A stretch of 57,164 nucleotides of DNA, taken from contig CAYZUM010000001.1 in the NCBI GenBank assembly GCA_964481455.1, positions 1 through 57,164 of the forward strand, given 5' to 3'. The notes beneath the pieces were generated by a model. That model did no database searches, was not told where the DNA came from, and worked only from the letters and a program-made list of their open reading frames with translations. This DNA comes from an uncultured Methylomonas sp. Its GTDB lineage: Bacteria; Pseudomonadota; Gammaproteobacteria; Methylococcales; Methylomonadaceae. The position numbers and the translations under genes were made by a program. Below are positions 51,632-57,164 of the stretch, piece by piece. The stretch's first letter is position 1. Every line of letters begins with the position of its first letter.

Positions 51632-52825
51632 ATGTCTTGGAATGAACCAGGCGGTGATAAAAACAAAGACCCTTGGAGTGGTCGTAACGAGGGAAATGGA
51701 CCTCCTGATTTAGATGAGGCGATTCGTTCGTTGCAAGATAAGTTAGGTGGCCTGTTTGGGGGTGGTAATGGCAATGGTGGCGGTGAAGATAACTCTCCAC
51801 CATCCTTTAAAGGTCTTGGTTTTCTGGCAATCGGGGCAGTTGCTCTGTGGGCTGCCAGTGGTTTCTATATTGTTGATGAAGGAAATCGGGGGGTTGAATT
51901 ACGTTTTGGTAAATATGTGGCGACAACCAAACCTGGTTTAAACTGGAGACTACCTGCACCTATTGAAAATAATGAAATAGTGAATACCTCAAAGCAGAGA
52001 TCTTTAGAAGTGGGTTACCGCTCTGCTGGAGGGCGAAAAGGCTCAGTTGCTAAAGAAGCACTGATGTTGACTCAGGATGAAAATATAGTTGATGTGCAAT
52101 TGGCTGTGCAATATCGAGTCAACGATGCTAAACGTTATTTATTTAACATATTGAGCCCGACAGCAACCCTTAAACAGGTGACGGAAGGTGCTTTACGTGG
52201 CGTTATTGGTGGTAATACCATGGATTTCGTTCTGACTGAAGGACGTAGTCAGATTGTGGCAGATATTAAAAGTGAAATACAGCGTGTGATGGATTCGTAC
52301 GAATCGGGTATTATCATTACCAGTGTAAACCTTGTTGATGCCCAGCCTCCTCAGCAGGTACAGGCAGCTTTTGAAGATGCGATTAAAGCACGTGAAGATC
52401 AGCAGAGATTTATCAATGAGGCGCAAGCCTATTCCAATGATATCGTTCCAAAAGCAAGAGGGGCGGCGGCAAGGGTTTTGGCGGAAGCTGAAGGTTATAA
52501 ATCACGTATTATTGCTTCAGCAGAAGGTAATGTAAGTCGTTTTACACAGGTTTTAACTGAATATGAAAAGGCTCCTGAAGTCACTCGGCAACGTATTTAT
52601 CTGGATACTATGGAGTTGGTAATGAGTGGTACCAATACCGTAATGGTAGATGTTGAAGGTGGCAATAATATAATGTATTTACCTTTAGATAAATTGGCAG
52701 ATAAATCGCAGGCTATAAGGGGGAAAGTGAATAGCTATAACCCAGCGTCAACAGTCTCTCAGCCGTATAATTCAACCAACACACCTCGGCCTTCGAGTCG
52801 TGGCCGTACACCAAGAGGACGCTAA
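51632..52825 (+). CDS. hflK: FtsH modulator HflK
   Basis: MSWNEPGG..DPW..GPPDLDE; SPFH domain. Confidence 0.96.
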   Translation: MSWNEPGGDKNKDPWSGRNEGNGPPDLDEAIRSLQDKLGGLFGGGNGNGGGEDNSPPSFKGLGFLAIGAVALWAASGFYIVDEGNRGVELRFGKYVATTKPGLNWRLPAPIENNEIVNTSKQRSLEVGYRSAGGRKGSVAKEALMLTQDENIVDVQLAVQYRVNDAKRYLFNILSPTATLKQVTEGALRGVIGGNTMDFVLTEGRSQIVADIKSEIQRVMDSYESGIIITSVNLVDAQPPQQVQAAFEDAIKAREDQQRFINEAQAYSNDIVPKARGAAARVLAEAEGYKSRIIASAEGNVSRFTQVLTEYEKAPEVTRQRIYLDTMELVMSGTNTVMVDVEGGNNIMYLPLDKLADKSQAIRGKVNSYNPASTVSQPYNSTNTPRPSSRGRTPRGR

Positions 52826-52827
52826 AC

Positions 52828-53685
52828 ATGTCAGCAAATAAAATTTTAATGACTATTGGTGCGATAGCAACGGTTGTTATAATGTGTGTGTTTACCGTTT
52901 CAGAAACAGAACAAGCGATTAAGTTTAAATTTGGAGAGATCATTGCTGCAGATTATGAACCAGGTTTACATTTTAAATTTCCTTTCATTAATAATGTCAA
53001 AAAATTTGATTCACGCATCCAGACATTGGATTCTGCGCCAGAACCTTTTTTAACGGCAGAAAAGAAAAATGTCATAGTAGACTCCTTTGTAAAATGGCGT
53101 ATTGGCGATGTGACTACTTTCTATACAGCGGTTGCAGGTGATCCTTATCAAGCCAACGGGCTTTTGGATCAAATTATTAAAGATGCATTTCGTAGTGAAT
53201 TTAGTAAGCGTGATATCCAGCAATTAGTGTCAACAGACCGTAGCGCAGTACGTGAAGCACTGATTAAAAATACAACTCCGGCAGCAGCAAAGCTAGGGAT
53301 AGAGATTGTTGATGTACAGGTTAAACGTATTGATTTACCCAGCGAGGTCAGTGAGTCTGTTTATCGCCGTATGGATGCTGAGCGGGCGAGAGTTGCACGT
53401 GATTTTCGTTCGCAGGGGGCAGAAGCTGCTGAGAAAGTGCGCGCGGATGCTGACAAGCAGAAAGAAATTATTTTGGCAAATGCTTTTCGTGATTCTCAAA
53501 TAATGAAAGGGGAGGGCGATGCAAAAGCGGCAGATATTTATGCTAAGGCTTATGGTAAAAATATAGAATTTTACGCTTTTTATCGTAGTATGGCGGCTTA
53601 TAAAGAGACTTTCGCTAACTCATCTAACTTAATGGTGACTGAGCCAAACTCTGAGTTCTTTAAATATTTTAAACAAATGAAATAA
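52828..53685 (+). CDS. hflC: FtsH modulator HflC
   Basis: PGLHFK.PF, VDSFVKWRI, RM.AER. Confidence 0.96.
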   Translation: MSANKILMTIGAIATVVIMCVFTVSETEQAIKFKFGEIIAADYEPGLHFKFPFINNVKKFDSRIQTLDSAPEPFLTAEKKNVIVDSFVKWRIGDVTTFYTAVAGDPYQANGLLDQIIKDAFRSEFSKRDIQQLVSTDRSAVREALIKNTTPAAAKLGIEIVDVQVKRIDLPSEVSESVYRRMDAERARVARDFRSQGAEAAEKVRADADKQKEIILANAFRDSQIMKGEGDAKAADIYAKAYGKNIEFYAFYRSMAAYKETFANSSNLMVTEPNSEFFKYFKQMK

Positions 53686-53710
53686 ACGTCATTTATTTGA
53701 ATTGAACAAT

Positions 53711-53844
53711 GGCCATGGACTTCAGACGGGAGATACGACAGGAGTGACACGCTTAAGCTATCTTGCCGAAACAGCAATAGCTTAAGCTTTGCACTCTTGC
53801 ATAGAGGCCGCTAAATCTCCTTTACCTTAATTAAGTTCGTAGCC
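53711..53844. mobile_element. Family G MITE (IS1595-like)
   Basis: GGC...GCC ends with a perfect 8-bp TSD TGAACAAT. Confidence 0.85.
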
Positions 53845-53901
53845 TGAACAATCAAACGCTCCGCCTATGTGGGGCGTTTTTGTGTGTATTGGAAAATTAT
53901 C

Positions 53902-55095
53902 ATGTTGCAAAGAGACCCTTGGCTATTACCAGAAGGTGTTGAAGAGGTTTTACCCGAAGATGCTAAGCACTTAGAAAAATTACGCCGCCAGTTACTTGAT
54001 GTTTTTGAGTGCTGGGGTTATGAAAAAGTGGTGCCGCCCTTTATTGATTATCTAGACTCATTATTAACCGGGTCAGGCCATGATCTAAACTTACAGACGT
54101 TTAAATTAACGGATCAACTAAGTGGTGAAATATTAGGCATACGTGCCGATATGACACCTCAGGTGGCAAGAATTGATGCGCATAGCTTAAGCTACCAGCA
54201 AACATCACGGTTATGCTATGAAGGAACAACCTTGCATACTCGGGGCGGCGCTTTAGACAAAACCCGAATTCCGATGCAAATTGGTGCAGAGTTATTTGGC
54301 CATGCAGGCATTGATAGTGACATCGAAGTGGTTCAGTTAATGCTTGAAGTGTTATCTATGGCTGGGCTTAAAAATGTCCACCTAGATTTGGGTCATGTTG
54401 GAATTTATCGTGGATTGGTTGCGCAGGCCCATTTAACGGCTGATCAGGAATTGGCATTATTTGAGGTATTACAGCGCAAGTCAAACTGTGAACTGCTAGA
54501 ATTATTAAACAGTTATGCTGTTCCCGCTGAACTGCAAGCTATTTTTATACTCTTACCTAAATTAAATGGCGATAGAACTGTTCTGGAGAATGCTCAGTCA
54601 ATTTTTGCAACAGCTGATCCAGGCGCACGTAATGCCTTAGCTCAGCTGGAAGAATTATCTGGCATTTTACACAATTACTATCCAGAATTAACCATCAGTT
54701 TCGATCTAGCTGAATTACGGGGCTATCATTATCATACAGGGGTCGTTTTTGCAGCATTTGTGCCTGAAGTGGGTAAAGAAATTGCTCGTGGCGGACGTTA
54801 CGATAATATTGGTCAGATATTTGGTAGCGCCAGACCTGCAACTGGTTTTAGTGCCGATTTGAAGGTTTTAGCGGCACTGACTAAGCAAAATCAAGCAACA
54901 GATGATGTGACTAAAGTCTGGGCCCCAATTGTTAAAGGCGATATTGAATTAGACGAAAAGGTGCGTGATCTTCGTGCTTCTGGGTGTATAGTGATTAAAC
55001 AGCTTTCGGAACAGAACGAAGAAGCTAGTCAACTTGCTTGTCATCAAAAATTAGAAAAAATTGATAAGAACTGGGTTCTTGTCCCGTTAAATTAA
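53902..55095 (+). CDS. hisZ: ATP phosphoribosyltransferase regulatory subunit
   Basis: WLLPEG, RADMTPQVARID, QIGAEL, GGRYD; precedes purA. Confidence 0.95.
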   Translation: MLQRDPWLLPEGVEEVLPEDAKHLEKLRRQLLDVFECWGYEKVVPPFIDYLDSLLTGSGHDLNLQTFKLTDQLSGEILGIRADMTPQVARIDAHSLSYQQTSRLCYEGTTLHTRGGALDKTRIPMQIGAELFGHAGIDSDIEVVQLMLEVLSMAGLKNVHLDLGHVGIYRGLVAQAHLTADQELALFEVLQRKSNCELLELLNSYAVPAELQAIFILLPKLNGDRTVLENAQSIFATADPGARNALAQLEELSGILHNYYPELTISFDLAELRGYHYHTGVVFAAFVPEVGKEIARGGRYDNIGQIFGSARPATGFSADLKVLAALTKQNQATDDVTKVWAPIVKGDIELDEKVRDLRASGCIVIKQLSEQNEEASQLACHQKLEKIDKNWVLVPLN

Positions 55096-56399
<1,304 letters not shown>

Positions 56400-56400
<1 letters not shown>

Positions 56401-56832
56401 GTAACACGCAATAAATAGACTACCTATATTGCGCAGGGTTTTTGTTTGTCTTCAAGGCGTAGAAATAGGCGTATAGCACGCTACGTACGCTGAAAACCAG
56501 GGAAACGGAGCTTAGCGAAGTGATGATTTTTAGTCCCTGATAGGCGGCAGGGCAATTCGCCAATCCGAAGTGCGCGATAGCGCGCGAGGGAGGCAAGAAT
56601 TGCATTACGAATAGCCGTCCAGCCATTTGAGGTAGCCATGACGAAGCGGCTTTGTGCGTAGTCGTGCGGACGCAGGGCGTTCAGGGCATCCCCCACTCGC
56701 TGCGTAGGTGAGTGAATGAAGGTGGCAGGAGTCCCAGAATTTCACGAAGTAGCATGGCGCGCCTGTCTATTTCTACAACGCAGAAGACAGGCAGAAGGAT
56801 AGGCAAGCAAGATGGGTATGTTGTGAGTTGCC
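56400..56832. mobile_element. Family A MITE with ~280-bp insert at its apex
   Basis: TTA|GGTAACACGC...GTGAGTTGCC|TTG; core split after GCTACG. Confidence 0.88.
56486..56766 (+). ncRNA. Putative structured ncRNA, possibly the non-coding end of an IS110-family element lacking its transposase
   Basis: GC-richer than its surroundings, no TIR or TSD, several nested stems; family resemblance is from recall only. Confidence 0.45.
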
Positions 56833-57032
56833 TTGGGTGTGTAGTGTGTAGTGCACTAATCTGGGTTTAAGTAATGGATGTCCTGAGAGCGCATGCGGCC
56901 GTCTGCGCATATACAAGTGCGGGTAATTGCCCGCGCACTTAGGAATGGGAATTTAATAACTTGTGCATTTAAGCCCCAAGCCATTCAAGCTATTATTTTA
57001 AGTGTAGGTTATGGGTGAGGCATGAACCCTAA

Positions 57033-57164
57033 GGTAAGGCGCAATCAATAAACTACCCATATTGCGCAGGATTTTTGTTTGTCTTCCATTAGTAGAAATA
57101 GGCGCATAGCAGGCTACGTAACTATTTCTACAACACTGAATATGGACAAAAAGACAAGCAAAAT
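57033..57164. mobile_element. Family A MITE truncated by the window end (lone A-type arm also at ~56942)
   Basis: TAA|GGTAAGGCGCAATCAATAA followed by the A core. Confidence 0.85.

Overview
AT-rich gammaproteobacterial chromosome segment. Gene content suggests a methanotroph of the Methylococcales (inference, mainly from the MoxY/MxaB-type two-component pair). Coding content: grxC; a three-gene MksBEF/Wadjet-like SMC operon with no intact nuclease gene; a DUF4332 protein; an oversized (1816 aa) glutamate synthase large subunit followed by a CysJ-like diflavin reductase instead of gltD; moaE/D/C and a tupB-like permease; a sensor kinase, response regulator and TonB receptor; rpsF-rpsR-DUF2232-rplI; waaA; comF; bioB-(DUF4240)-bioFHC; an aa3 cytochrome c oxidase cluster ending in a heme A synthase (CtaA)-FtsY fusion, then ftsEX; hfq-hflX-hflKC-hisZ-purA. 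No intact transposase is present, yet most long intergenic spaces hold small non-autonomous elements. I can delimit about ten MITE-like families (labelled A-K here) by terminal inverted repeats (TIRs) and, for most, target-site duplications (TSDs), plus GTAG-type REP hairpins, often nested two or three deep. The dominant family A (~155 bp, 3-bp TWA TSD) has a conserved, covarying hairpin core, interchangeable terminal arms and an apex that attracts insertions. One A copy carries a ~280-bp highly structured non-coding insert that resembles a transposase-less IS110 guide-RNA end. All family assignments come from motif recognition by eye; no database searches were run.
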